NCBI GenBank assembly: GCA_964423175.1
Contig: CAYRDM010000001.1
Location: 1-39,846 of the forward strand
Origin: an uncultured Candidatus Saccharibacteria bacterium
Lineage (GTDB): Bacteria > Patescibacteriota > Minisyncoccia > 2-02-FULL-40-12 > IGHO2-01-FULL-4-A
Direction: 5' to 3'
Length of the DNA stretch: 39,846 bases
Part shown: in pieces, positions 1 to 10,084 of the stretch
Layout of the letters: the number at the start of each line of letters is the position of its first letter
Position numbering within the stretch: the first letter of the stretch is position 1
Made by a program: the position numbers and the translations under genes
The notes under the pieces: generated by a model
Told to the model about the DNA's origin: nothing
The model's input: the letters and a program-made list of their open reading frames with translations, nothing else
Databases searched by the model: none

Positions 1-1
1 A

Positions 2-475
2 GAACTAAGCCTGGATCTGGTCACAGACGAATCGAAAAGAGGAATCTTGGGCAAACCCCACTTCGGAGGAAACTGGTCCGGAGGTCCTTGCTACCAACCA
101 CTAACCGATGAGCTGTTCAGGGTCCTGCTGCCCTTCTTGATTTCGTTCAACGGAGATCTTGCGGATGTTGTAAAATATTCATCGAATACCAGCGCACAGG
201 TAATCCTGCCCTGGACTGATCTTGGCCTGGGCGGTCTTAGATCTCTATCCGCTTTATTAAAAGAATTTTTAATGGGAAATGAAACACTTAAAAAAATAAT
301 TAATGGATCTATCATAGAGCTTAGTCCCGACCCTCTACTCAGGAGAGGAATAGGTTATGGGAATCCGCGATCGGACATTTTTCTAATAGAGGCATTGCAA
401 AACAGATTGATGGAACAATGGGAAGAACAAGTGAGCGAATTCAAAAGGCAACTTGGACAAGCCAGAAAATGGTAA
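2..475 (+). CDS. hypothetical protein, 5'-partial (reading frame is open to the window edge)
   Basis: The frame of the listed ORF 47..475 has no stop back to position 2. No family motif was recognised. Confidence 0.45.
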   Translation, partial: ELSLDLVTDESKRGILGKPHFGGNWSGGPCYQPLTDELFRVLLPFLISFNGDLADVVKYSSNTSAQVILPWTDLGLGGLRSLSALLKEFLMGNETLKKIINGSIIELSPDPLLRRGIGYGNPRSDIFLIEALQNRLMEQWEEQVSEFKRQLGQARKW

Positions 476-517
476 AACCCCTTATCGGGGTTTTTATATT
501 TCAAAAATAAATTAAAA

Positions 518-916
518 TTAGTCTCCTTCAAAATCATCTTCAGCAAAATCCATGGTCTCGATTTGAAAATCCAAATCATTAAGTATCAGGAGCAATTCTA
601 AATTGTGCTGCATTCCTTTTGTAAAGTGCGCCAGCGTAAAACCTTCCAACCAATTCAATTCCCCCCTAGACTCGCATTTGTGTGTGTCTTTATAAATACT
701 GGCTTGGATTTCGGCATCATAACTAATAGCGTCTTTGATCTGCCTGGCAAGTTTTTGTCTGCCAGCAGCGCTCCTCAAATCATGCCAAATATTACTGTGC
801 ACAATGCCCTCAGGTTTCCAGGACATATTGCCGAAGGAATCCGGGGGAAAATATGGTTTCAAATTTTCAAAAATCTTTTTGGCATTTCTAGATAACTCAA
901 TCACGTCTCTTCCCAT
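518..916 (-). CDS. hypothetical protein
   Basis: An internal ATG at 916 is preceded by GGAGG 5 nt upstream. The longer ORF to 958 lacks an SD. No family recognised. Confidence 0.5.
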   Translation of the reverse strand: MGRDVIELSRNAKKIFENLKPYFPPDSFGNMSWKPEGIVHSNIWHDLRSAAGRQKLARQIKDAISYDAEIQASIYKDTHKCESRGELNWLEGFTLAHFTKGMQHNLELLLILNDLDFQIETMDFAEDDFEGD

Positions 917-979
917 GGTACCTCCAAAAACCAAAACGCCACCCGAACAAGGTAGCATTTTTTATAAAACGAATCCACC

Positions 980-1429
980 CTATCTACTCTCCACGTGCAT
1001 GGGCTCAAGCTGTGCCGCGATAACCACGGCGGCTGAAATAATTAATAGGTTTTTTATAATATACTGACCTTCTAGAGTGGGCACAAAAAAACCCGACCAG
1101 GTCTCTTGCCTCAACATCACTAAAGGCAAAAACGTAGTCACCATGTGTATCGCCAATAGTGCAATCGATAATCTTTCCGCACCTTTTATCAAAAATAAAA
1201 TTCCAATAAGTGCCTCGAACAAACCAAAAAGAATCATGAAAGTATGGAAACTCATAAATGGCACTGTGCGGGAAAAAAGATGCTCGACTAATTCACTAGC
1301 GGGACTCTGGCCGACAACCTTCAATATCCCAAACCAAAAGAAAACGACAAATATTCCGGTACGCGCAAGAGGTAAAGAAATTTTCCTAAAAAATCTTATT
1401 AATTTGTCGTCAATTTTATGTATCAACAT
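980..1429 (-). CDS. DUF417/YkgB-like (DoxX-like) small membrane protein
   Basis: About 4 hydrophobic segments. The FFWFGILKV and GQYIIKNLLIISAAVVI motifs resemble YkgB/DUF417 as I recall it. Confidence 0.5.
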   Translation of the reverse strand: MLIHKIDDKLIRFFRKISLPLARTGIFVVFFWFGILKVVGQSPASELVEHLFSRTVPFMSFHTFMILFGLFEALIGILFLIKGAERLSIALLAIHMVTTFLPLVMLRQETWSGFFVPTLEGQYIIKNLLIISAAVVIAAQLEPMHVESR

Positions 1430-1512
1430 GTTTAATTTAATTTTAGCATGTTATATATATTTTTAAAACAAAATAAATTAAAAAGGCGCGCAAATAGCAC
1501 GCCCCAATTTTC

Positions 1513-2262
1513 CTATACAAAAGGCCGACGCAAAAGCAAACGGGTCCATGGAGTAATGCGGTCTGCGATCTCTGCGAATGGACCAAGCGCTCTTATCTTC
1601 TCGCCTATATACCAAGAGGTATCAATCACTTCCCAACCAGGAAAGTTAGATAGAAGCCACCCTCGACTGTTTGACCAAGGATGATAGAGGCTAGGGCGTT
1701 GATTACCGAACCACCTTTTCGTATGAAGCTCACGCAAATACCAATAATTCGGAATGGCCAAAAATACATAATCAGCGGCCACCCTCTTAACTTCGTTTAG
1801 AAAGGATATTCTATCAACAAGACGCGGAATGAATTCCAAAACAGAAACGACAACTACGATTTCGAACGCTCCATCATAAAAAGGCAGCGGCCTGCCGGCT
1901 TCAATATTAACTAGGCTTACATCCGTGTTTTCAATTGAAGCACGAAGGCGAGCTGCATTTACTGAAAGCTGGTGAGGATCAACTCCTACAACAAATGTCT
2001 TGGGGAAAACTTTTTTCAAAGCTACCGTGCTGCCTCCTGTACTACAACCGAGATCCAAAATCCGGCGTGGTTTTCCGGGAAAACTTTCACGAATAATTTT
2101 ACAAAACCCGTTAGAATGCGCCTCGACGCGGCCCAATTCTCGTTTTAAAAAATCTTGGTTTATAGACTCGCACCCCTTGGGAGAATCAACCCCAACAATA
2201 TCTTGGGAACCGGCACCTTGCCGAATCAATAATTCGAGCTCTTTGCTTGCGGCAACCCCCAT
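1513..2262 (-). CDS. class I SAM-dependent methyltransferase
   Basis: Motif I is ILDLGCSTGGST, followed by VVGVDP and a post-II acidic loop typical of the Rossmann methyltransferase fold. Confidence 0.8.
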   Translation of the reverse strand: MGVAASKELELLIRQGAGSQDIVGVDSPKGCESINQDFLKRELGRVEAHSNGFCKIIRESFPGKPRRILDLGCSTGGSTVALKKVFPKTFVVGVDPHQLSVNAARLRASIENTDVSLVNIEAGRPLPFYDGAFEIVVVVSVLEFIPRLVDRISFLNEVKRVAADYVFLAIPNYWYLRELHTKRWFGNQRPSLYHPWSNSRGWLLSNFPGWEVIDTSWYIGEKIRALGPFAEIADRITPWTRLLLRRPFV

Positions 2263-2380
2263 GCTGTCTTTCCTGGTAAAATAGTTTTAACAGAACTTAA
2301 AAGATTATAAAATAGTTATATCTTAATGTCAAGCAAAATTTATTTTCAAAATAAAATTATTTTCTATGTCTTATTAAAAA

Positions 2381-2399
2381 CCGGCCATTAAATGGCCGG
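2381..2399 (-). terminator. intrinsic terminator downstream of 2407..3078
   Basis: CCGGCCAT-TAA-ATGGCCGG hairpin with a U-run on the minus strand (A-run 2376-2380 on plus). Confidence 0.6.
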
Positions 2400-2406
2400 T
2401 CGGTAT

Positions 2407-3078
2407 CTATACTTGATTGGACTTAACTTGGAAATCTTCTGGCGGATTAACCGGCGGGCATATATTTTCTTTGATTGCTTTTAAATATGCCCCGACTTGA
2501 TGGAAAAAATTCTTTATCCTGTCCCTGGGCTTACTTGGTATCAGTAGAAAAACGACTGCAGAAATCACGACAAGAAGCCAAGCAAAAAAAATATATTCCA
2601 AAAACTTAAGTGTGTCATGAAAAAGTTTCATAAAGTCTAGATATAAACCGCTGCTAAAAAAGGCCACAGACATAATTGCCAGTAACGCTCCGAAAAACAA
2701 TGCGGCTCTTGTACCGCTGGGAACGGCCTCTAACCTTTTATCGATATACAATAAAAGGCGTAAAAAGCTTAAACAAAGAGCAAGCAGAAAAAACAAAAGA
2801 GAAAAAATCAAGAAAAAAACAACAGCGAAATTAAACACAGTTCCTTTAATATCCCTTGGCATATATCTTAAAACGCCAAAAAAACCTCCGATCAAAACAC
2901 TACCAATCAGCCATACCTTAAGAAGAGAGAGCTCACGAGCTACGTAGGATAAAAACCCGTCAACTGCTCCCCAAAAATATGGGCAAAGATTATTAGGCCG
3001 TTTTATTTCCTTGCCATCAATCTCAAAACTTTTGCAATAAAAATACCAGAGAACATCATCTTTCTTGATATTGATCAT
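2407..3078 (-). CDS. hypothetical polytopic membrane protein
   Basis: Several long hydrophobic stretches; ATG start; no family motif recognised. Confidence 0.55.
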   Translation of the reverse strand: MINIKKDDVLWYFYCKSFEIDGKEIKRPNNLCPYFWGAVDGFLSYVARELSLLKVWLIGSVLIGGFFGVLRYMPRDIKGTVFNFAVVFFLIFSLLFFLLALCLSFLRLLLYIDKRLEAVPSGTRAALFFGALLAIMSVAFFSSGLYLDFMKLFHDTLKFLEYIFFAWLLVVISAVVFLLIPSKPRDRIKNFFHQVGAYLKAIKENICPPVNPPEDFQVKSNQV

Positions 3079-3176
3079 CCTGATCCTCCAAATTCCATAT
3101 TTTTAAGTTACGATTTATCTAAAATACTATAAACACTAATCTACAAAAAGTCAATGAGCGGAGGATGTCAGAGAGA

Positions 3177-3929
3177 TCATGCCAAAATAAATTCAACCGG
3201 GCTATGGTCAGATACCCTGTCGGGAAGTACAGAACATTTGCCACCACCCTTATCAAAAGTCATTTTATCAATAAAGACATGGTCACATCTCAAGTGAATT
3301 CCAATGTTAAATAGGCCCAGGAAGGCAGCAATCCTACTTGGAAGATGAGCAGTGTTCTCGCTATAACGACTATCTAATGTCGGGCCACAGCCCTCAGAGA
3401 GCCAGGCAAAATCTGGAGTAAGAATTCCTGCCATGTCTTTGGGTTCACGAGGAAAGCCAGCATTAAAGTCCCCGGCGAGCATAACTCTACCAGGACCCTC
3501 ACTAAGCAAAATTTCTTTTGCAATTTGCAATTCTTTGAGTCTGACGTGTCGGTCAATACCTGAATGTAGGTGGGTAGAAGCCGCCCGCAAAATCCCCTCG
3601 CCAGCATCTATTTCTGCCCAAAGCAATCCGAAACATGGATGTTTAAAACCGCGAACAGGATCATAGCGCATAGAAGAAAAAGATCTAAATCCTATTTTAG
3701 AAAGTTTGTAACCAGTCCTGTATGCGATACACAACTGGCTATCACATCCGGTTTCTTTATTAAAAGACCTTACTAACTGATAGGCAGGATGATCAAGAAT
3801 TGCCATTACTTTTTCTTCCACCTCTTGAAGTAGTAAAATATCATACTCTCGGGAGTTCAATATGCGACGCAAAAAATCCCCCAACTGGGGTTGTTCTCCG
3901 TGCTGACAGTTTAAACTTAAAAATTTCAT
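3177..3929 (-). CDS. endonuclease/exonuclease/phosphatase (EEP) family protein
   Basis: N-terminal LLLQEV, central GDFN and C-terminal SDHSPV motifs are characteristic of the EEP fold. Confidence 0.8.
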   Translation of the reverse strand: MKFLSLNCQHGEQPQLGDFLRRILNSREYDILLLQEVEEKVMAILDHPAYQLVRSFNKETGCDSQLCIAYRTGYKLSKIGFRSFSSMRYDPVRGFKHPCFGLLWAEIDAGEGILRAASTHLHSGIDRHVRLKELQIAKEILLSEGPGRVMLAGDFNAGFPREPKDMAGILTPDFAWLSEGCGPTLDSRYSENTAHLPSRIAAFLGLFNIGIHLRCDHVFIDKMTFDKGGGKCSVLPDRVSDHSPVEFILA

Positions 3930-3994
3930 AAACAGCTAACCTGCAAGAAAAATCTATATTTCATTTAATTCTTTTTATTAATAGCAATTGATCT

Positions 3995-4282
3995 CTATTT
4001 ATTAATTTCATGCGTTTCGCATGCACCATGCTTATATCGAATTGAATACCACAATATGACTCCCGGAGCGACGATATTCCATACCTGTAAAGTCACAAAA
4101 ACCCTGTCCCTGATGAGATAAGAGTGTATTAGGAGAAATACTGCGGACAGAAGCCAAAGTGTATACGCATAGCGGCTAATACCCGCAGAACAGTGTTCCT
4201 TGATAAGATGCATGATTTGTGGAATATACGCGACAACGACGAGCGCCATTCCTAGGAAACCGAAAAAATGTGAAAGTGTCAT
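3995..4282 (-). CDS. PQ-loop (SemiSWEET-like) 3-TM membrane protein
   Basis: 95 aa with three hydrophobic helices and a PQ motif (AYIPQIMHLIK) in helix 1. Its start lies 3 nt from the stop of the upstream gene. Confidence 0.55.
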   Translation of the reverse strand: MTLSHFFGFLGMALVVVAYIPQIMHLIKEHCSAGISRYAYTLWLLSAVFLLIHSYLIRDRVFVTLQVWNIVAPGVILWYSIRYKHGACETHEINK

Positions 4283-4284
4283 AG

Positions 4285-5004
4285 TTAGTAACCAGAAAAT
4301 TCCTCAGTGCGGATATTATCCTCATTGACCCCTAGTTTAATAAGCATTCCACGCATCACAGCGACCATCTCGGATGGGCCCGCAAGATAATAAATAGGAT
4401 TTGTAACATCCGCTAGATATTTTCGGATTAGTTTTTGGTCAATGTGGCCACGATTACCAACCCAAGAAAGTTTTGATTTATCCATCTCCGTCATTGTACC
4501 AATAAAATGGTAATTTAAATTTTCTTTCTCTAACCCTTGGAGCTCCGCGAGAAATGCACTGTCTTCTGGCCGATGATTTGAATAAAAAAGATACAATTCA
4601 TGAGATAGCATTCTTTTTGTCGCGTCCAGAAGAATCGAACGGACTGGTGTAATACCAATTCCGCCAATTAAAAAAACTGCTGGCCGTGAAATGTTGTTAT
4701 GAAGTGTGAAAGATCCAAAAGGACCTTCCAACTGCAGTTCAAGATTTGTCTCCGTTTTCATAACTCTTTTAAAAGCAGTGTCTCGCATACGGGTAGCAAT
4801 CATAAGTTCTTTTTCATGGGGTGCAGAGGCAATAGAAAAAGCCCGGGTGTTACCTTCCGTGTCGGTTTCTGGCGGATTAATAATTGTTAAGTCCAGAGAG
4901 TTACCAGCTTTATAGTCAAAGCCAGATGGTTTTTCAAAATAAAAGGCGATTGTACCTTCCGCAACTTCTTTTCGTTCAATGAGTTTTGATGTGTATTTTG
5001 CCAT
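4285..5004 (-). CDS. ferredoxin-NADP reductase-type FAD/NAD(P)-binding oxidoreductase
   Basis: RAFSIAS (RxYS-type FAD motif), GPFGSF, and GGIGITP (NAD(P)-binding glycine motif). Confidence 0.8.
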   Translation of the reverse strand: MAKYTSKLIERKEVAEGTIAFYFEKPSGFDYKAGNSLDLTIINPPETDTEGNTRAFSIASAPHEKELMIATRMRDTAFKRVMKTETNLELQLEGPFGSFTLHNNISRPAVFLIGGIGITPVRSILLDATKRMLSHELYLFYSNHRPEDSAFLAELQGLEKENLNYHFIGTMTEMDKSKLSWVGNRGHIDQKLIRKYLADVTNPIYYLAGPSEMVAVMRGMLIKLGVNEDNIRTEEFSGY

Positions 5005-5086
5005 TATAATAATCTAAAGCCCAGGTGGATTCCCGCCGCAGGCGCTATACAAATACATTCCCGCCAAAAATTATGATTTTCAATTT

Positions 5087-5172
5087 TGGCGGAGGGTGTG
5101 GGACTCGAACCCACGAGGGATTGCTCCCGCACGCTTTCCAAGCGTGTGCCATAGCCGCTAGGCGAACCCTCC
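5087..5172 (-). tRNA. tRNA-Ser (anticodon GGA), CCA encoded
   Basis: Reverse complement folds as a cloverleaf. Acceptor is GGAGGGT/ACCCTCC; anticodon stem CACGC/GCGTG with loop TTGGAAA. It has a long variable arm, T-arm GTGGG-TTCGAGT-CCCAC, discriminator G and CCA. Confidence 0.9.
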
Positions 5173-5250
5173 AATTTCTCGGTATAACCTCGAGCAAAAA
5201 ATACCCTCGAGAATTTAAAAAATAATATCACAAATCTCTACTTATCTAAA

Positions 5251-5271
5251 GCCCCGACTTGGAGTCGGGGC
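5251..5271 (-). terminator. intrinsic terminator after groEL
   Basis: GCCCCGACT-TGG-AGTCGGGGC hairpin 8 nt beyond the groEL stop, with a short U-tract on the minus strand. Confidence 0.6.
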
Positions 5272-5278
5272 TTTGATT

Positions 5279-6910
<1,632 letters not shown>

Positions 6911-6929
6911 TTATTTGTTAGTTTTTATG

Positions 6930-7217
6930 TTACTCGATTATTGCAAGGATATTATCTTCCTTTGCTATCAAATATTCTTTTCCGTCGACCTTCACCTGAT
7001 CAGGGCCATATTTGGTAAACAAAACCTTGTCGCCCTTTTTCACATTCATCGGAATTCTTTTACCATTTTCATCAAGACGACCAGCACCAACCGCAACAAC
7101 ACGCCCCTTTTCTGGACGCTCTTTATCAACTGTCTCGGGCAATATTATTCCGCCCTTAGTTTTTTCCTCATACAAAGCTTCGATTAGAACTCTGTCGCCC
7201 AAAGGTTTAATTTTCAT
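6930..7217 (-). CDS. groS: co-chaperonin GroES (Cpn10)
   Basis: 95 aa with MKIKPLGDRVLI...GGIILPE...G.V.AVG motifs, immediately upstream of groEL. Confidence 0.97.
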   Translation of the reverse strand: MKIKPLGDRVLIEALYEEKTKGGIILPETVDKERPEKGRVVAVGAGRLDENGKRIPMNVKKGDKVLFTKYGPDQVKVDGKEYLIAKEDNILAIIE

Positions 7218-7252
7218 AAAGTTATCAGACTATTAATTAATTTAAAATATTA

Positions 7253-7279
7253 TTGGCACTTTTGACCATAGAGTGCTAA
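7253..7279. promoter_or_regulatory. CIRCE-like HrcA operator upstream of groES
   Basis: TTGGCACTT-N9-GAGTGCTAA against the consensus TTAGCACTC-N9-GAGTGCTAA. One arm is perfect and the other has 2 mismatches. It lies between the putative promoter and the groES start. Confidence 0.8.
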
Positions 7280-7284
7280 ACACC

Positions 7285-7312
7285 ATATTACTCAAGAAAA
7301 AAATGATGTCAA
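7285..7312 (-). promoter_or_regulatory. putative sigma70-type promoter of groES-groEL
   Basis: Minus strand TTGACA (7307-7312), 16-nt spacer, TAATAT (7285-7290), directly upstream of CIRCE. Confidence 0.55.
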
Positions 7313-7361
7313 CATCTTGGTCTTTCCATAAATAAAAACCTGCTTAATGCAGGCTTTAATA

Positions 7362-9017
7362 TTAAAACAAAATAAAACGCTTTCTTTTTTTAGTTTCTTT
7401 AGAAGTATCCTCTGATTCGGAAATTTTAACAGTAAAATCTTTCTTTCCTTCTATAAGATAGTTTCCGCCGACCGATTCTAGTTTAGCAATTATTTCGGCG
7501 CCAGGCTTCGGATTTGATTCCTTCCACATGTTATCGGTTTTCTGCTCAATCTTTTGGCTATCATAGCCGACGGACATTCTCTGCAAGTCGCTAAGGTTAC
7601 CGCGTTGTTGCAGACCTATCAAAAAAATTCCTCCATCAAATGGCTTTCTTGGCCTAAGAGGCGTTTCGCTGGCATAGTAAACATACAGAGCATTTCTGTC
7701 CGAAACCTTGTTTAATAATTCAACAGTTTCAGCATTCGGCAAAAGATCAGGTAAAATCTGATTTGCCAGCTCTTCTCCGCTAGCTATAAAAATCTTCTTT
7801 TCTAAATATTTTTTATCCAGTTTTAGGTTCTTGGTAAGGGTCCATTCTTTTTCTCCCAAAGCAACTATGCTGATATCTACGGATACCTTATCATCCTCTA
7901 AACGACACTCGCTTGTAACTTTCTGCAGAGCAAGCCTCTTGTATTTATTTTTAACACGAAGGTTAAATCGAATACTATCAATGACGGGATTTAGAGAATC
8001 GGTTATGAAGAGTTCGGGAATTTGGCCCATATTTTTACCGACCAGTCCAAAGAATTTAACTTGTCCCAGGCCAGAAATATTTATCTCGGCATCTACATCA
8101 ATATCTAGCTGCTTATCAACCAAAGCTTTCTGAGCTTGTATTATTGAGGTTATGCTGCTTCCAGTTGTGGGCGTATAAGCAAAAAAATATTGTCTGGGGT
8201 CAGTTTTTAGAAAATAGTTTTCGAGACTCAACGTTAGAGGAAAAAATTTAGGCACCGCACCAAACTTTGCAATCTGACCGTAGGGTCCGCCAAAAACAAC
8301 AGCTCCCAACATCGGTCCAATTTTAGTCACGACCTTATTAGAAGAGTCCTGTTTGGCAAAAGTTGTCAAAACATTACCTTTCCAAAAGGGTATTGCCATC
8401 AAACCGTTCGGACCGCTTTCATGTCCCAGGGCATAAAAAACCCCATTAAGTCTATCCACCATGGTGACAGTTCCGGCGGCGCAAGAATAATCATACCCCC
8501 AATAATCACAAAAAACATACATTTCTCCCGCCTTAATGGGAGGGTCCGAAAATGAGATGGCGCCAAATGCGTTAGCCTCAAAAATTAATTTATTGGGCTC
8601 AGACAAAATCTTTGGCTTAAATCCCAGAGTAAGTTCAATAGGGGTGACAAAGCCCTTAACCTCTTTGGCAAACCTCGGTGCCATTGAAATCGCACCTACA
8701 AGCTTACCGTCGTTTGTATAGATTGGGCTTCCAGACATTCCACTAATAATACGAGTGTTTTTTAAAAGGTCTTGGCCATCAAATTGTTTGGGGCCGCCAG
8801 ACAACTCAACAAGAATATAAAGTGCACCACCGCCTTCATCAAAAACGCCGATAACTTCATACTCGAATTTTTCAACCTGAGTTCCCCTAAAAACACTTAG
8901 GCCATAACCCTTGTCGCCAGGTTTAACATTGCCCAACGGCATTATTCCTTGCCCGGAAACAAAAACCAAGTTCAAAAAAATAAACAAAAAGAAAAGCAAA
9001 AATCTCGTTTGCTTCAT
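7362..9017 (-). CDS. secreted peptidase S55 (SpoIVB-type) domain protein
   Basis: N-terminal signal peptide. PGDKGYGLSVFRGTQVEKFEYEVIGV and ISGMSGSPIY resemble the S55 domain as I recall it. The C-terminal roughly 300 aa are unassigned. Confidence 0.55.
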   Translation of the reverse strand: MKQTRFLLFFLFIFLNLVFVSGQGIMPLGNVKPGDKGYGLSVFRGTQVEKFEYEVIGVFDEGGGALYILVELSGGPKQFDGQDLLKNTRIISGMSGSPIYTNDGKLVGAISMAPRFAKEVKGFVTPIELTLGFKPKILSEPNKLIFEANAFGAISFSDPPIKAGEMYVFCDYWGYDYSCAAGTVTMVDRLNGVFYALGHESGPNGLMAIPFWKGNVLTTFAKQDSSNKVVTKIGPMLGAVVFGGPYGQIAKFGAVPKFFPLTLSLENYFLKTDPRQYFFAYTPTTGSSITSIIQAQKALVDKQLDIDVDAEINISGLGQVKFFGLVGKNMGQIPELFITDSLNPVIDSIRFNLRVKNKYKRLALQKVTSECRLEDDKVSVDISIVALGEKEWTLTKNLKLDKKYLEKKIFIASGEELANQILPDLLPNAETVELLNKVSDRNALYVYYASETPLRPRKPFDGGIFLIGLQQRGNLSDLQRMSVGYDSQKIEQKTDNMWKESNPKPGAEIIAKLESVGGNYLIEGKKDFTVKISESEDTSKETKKRKRFILF

Positions 9018-9070
9018 CTTTACCTTAAATTGTAAAAATACTATTAATGCGAGTTACTATACCCCTGGTT

Positions 9071-10024
9071 TTAGCTATTGTCCAGTCCTAGTTTTTCTAA
9101 ACGCTGTCCATAAAATCTCAAGATTTGATCATCCAGAGTAATAGGTTTGAATTTAAAAATTCCGGAATTAATTTTAAACATCAATTGCGTATCATTAAAT
9201 ATAATCTTGCTGCCGGCAATTGCTGTAACTGGATTACTCTTTATTCTTTCTACCTGATATCTCTTAGCTAAACTTTCAAGATAATTACCAAGCGGGTTAT
9301 TTAATATGCCTTCACCAAGGCAAGCAAAAAAATTTGTAAGTCTCGGTGTTAAAATGGATTCATTTGGAATATTCCATCTTGATAAATATTCTAAAACACC
9401 CTTGTTTTCAATTTTAAATCTTTCAATAATACCAATATCTCTAACAAATATCGGAACGAGGTTTGAATAAGTTCTGGCGTCATAAATATTTTCTATCTTA
9501 ACTTTTAAATTATCCTCTGAAACAAAATGGCTGGTGCAAACCTTATCTGGAGCAATGACATCTGTGCCCTTGCGTCGAATACCTAAAAAACTCAAAAGGC
9601 CAAGAACTAAAAAACGACCCAACCATATACGACGGCCTTGTGTAACAATGAGAACATCCAAATCACTCAGTTCATTAGTATTTCTAATGGCAAGGGAACC
9701 AGAAGCAAAGACCGCTTTAATACATGGGACGAAAGAGAGGCAGCATCCGGCCATGCGCATTAGTCGCCACTTTTTTTGGGCAATTTTTTGACGCTTGATC
9801 CTAAGAGGCACTAAGTGTTCCCGATCATACAAAAAATAAAAACCTTCCCTAAATCCAATCACTCTTTCCATGACCAACTGATCAAGTTCTTTTTTGATAT
9901 CTAACAATCTAGGACCGGCATCACCATATTTTAAAAGATAATCAAAAATCTCTCCCGCTTTCAAAGGGAAATCTAGAACATCATAAAAAGCCAAGGTAGA
10001 TAATATGTTGCCCCTGAAATTCAT
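9071..10024 (-). CDS. nucleotidyltransferase-fold domain protein
   Basis: ASGSLAIRNTNELSDLDVLIVT fits the G[GS]-x(9-13)-D-x-D polymerase-beta-like NTase signature. Confidence 0.5.
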   Translation of the reverse strand: MNFRGNILSTLAFYDVLDFPLKAGEIFDYLLKYGDAGPRLLDIKKELDQLVMERVIGFREGFYFLYDREHLVPLRIKRQKIAQKKWRLMRMAGCCLSFVPCIKAVFASGSLAIRNTNELSDLDVLIVTQGRRIWLGRFLVLGLLSFLGIRRKGTDVIAPDKVCTSHFVSEDNLKVKIENIYDARTYSNLVPIFVRDIGIIERFKIENKGVLEYLSRWNIPNESILTPRLTNFFACLGEGILNNPLGNYLESLAKRYQVERIKSNPVTAIAGSKIIFNDTQLMFKINSGIFKFKPITLDDQILRFYGQRLEKLGLDNS

Positions 10025-10084
10025 ACCGACTCAAATTAACACGAAAATATAAAATTAAAAACCCGGTTTAAACGGGTTTAGAAA

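Noticed and set aside
5004-5231. ORFs on both strands overlapping tRNA-Ser.
   Set aside because: The region is explained by the tRNA gene and the groEL terminator.
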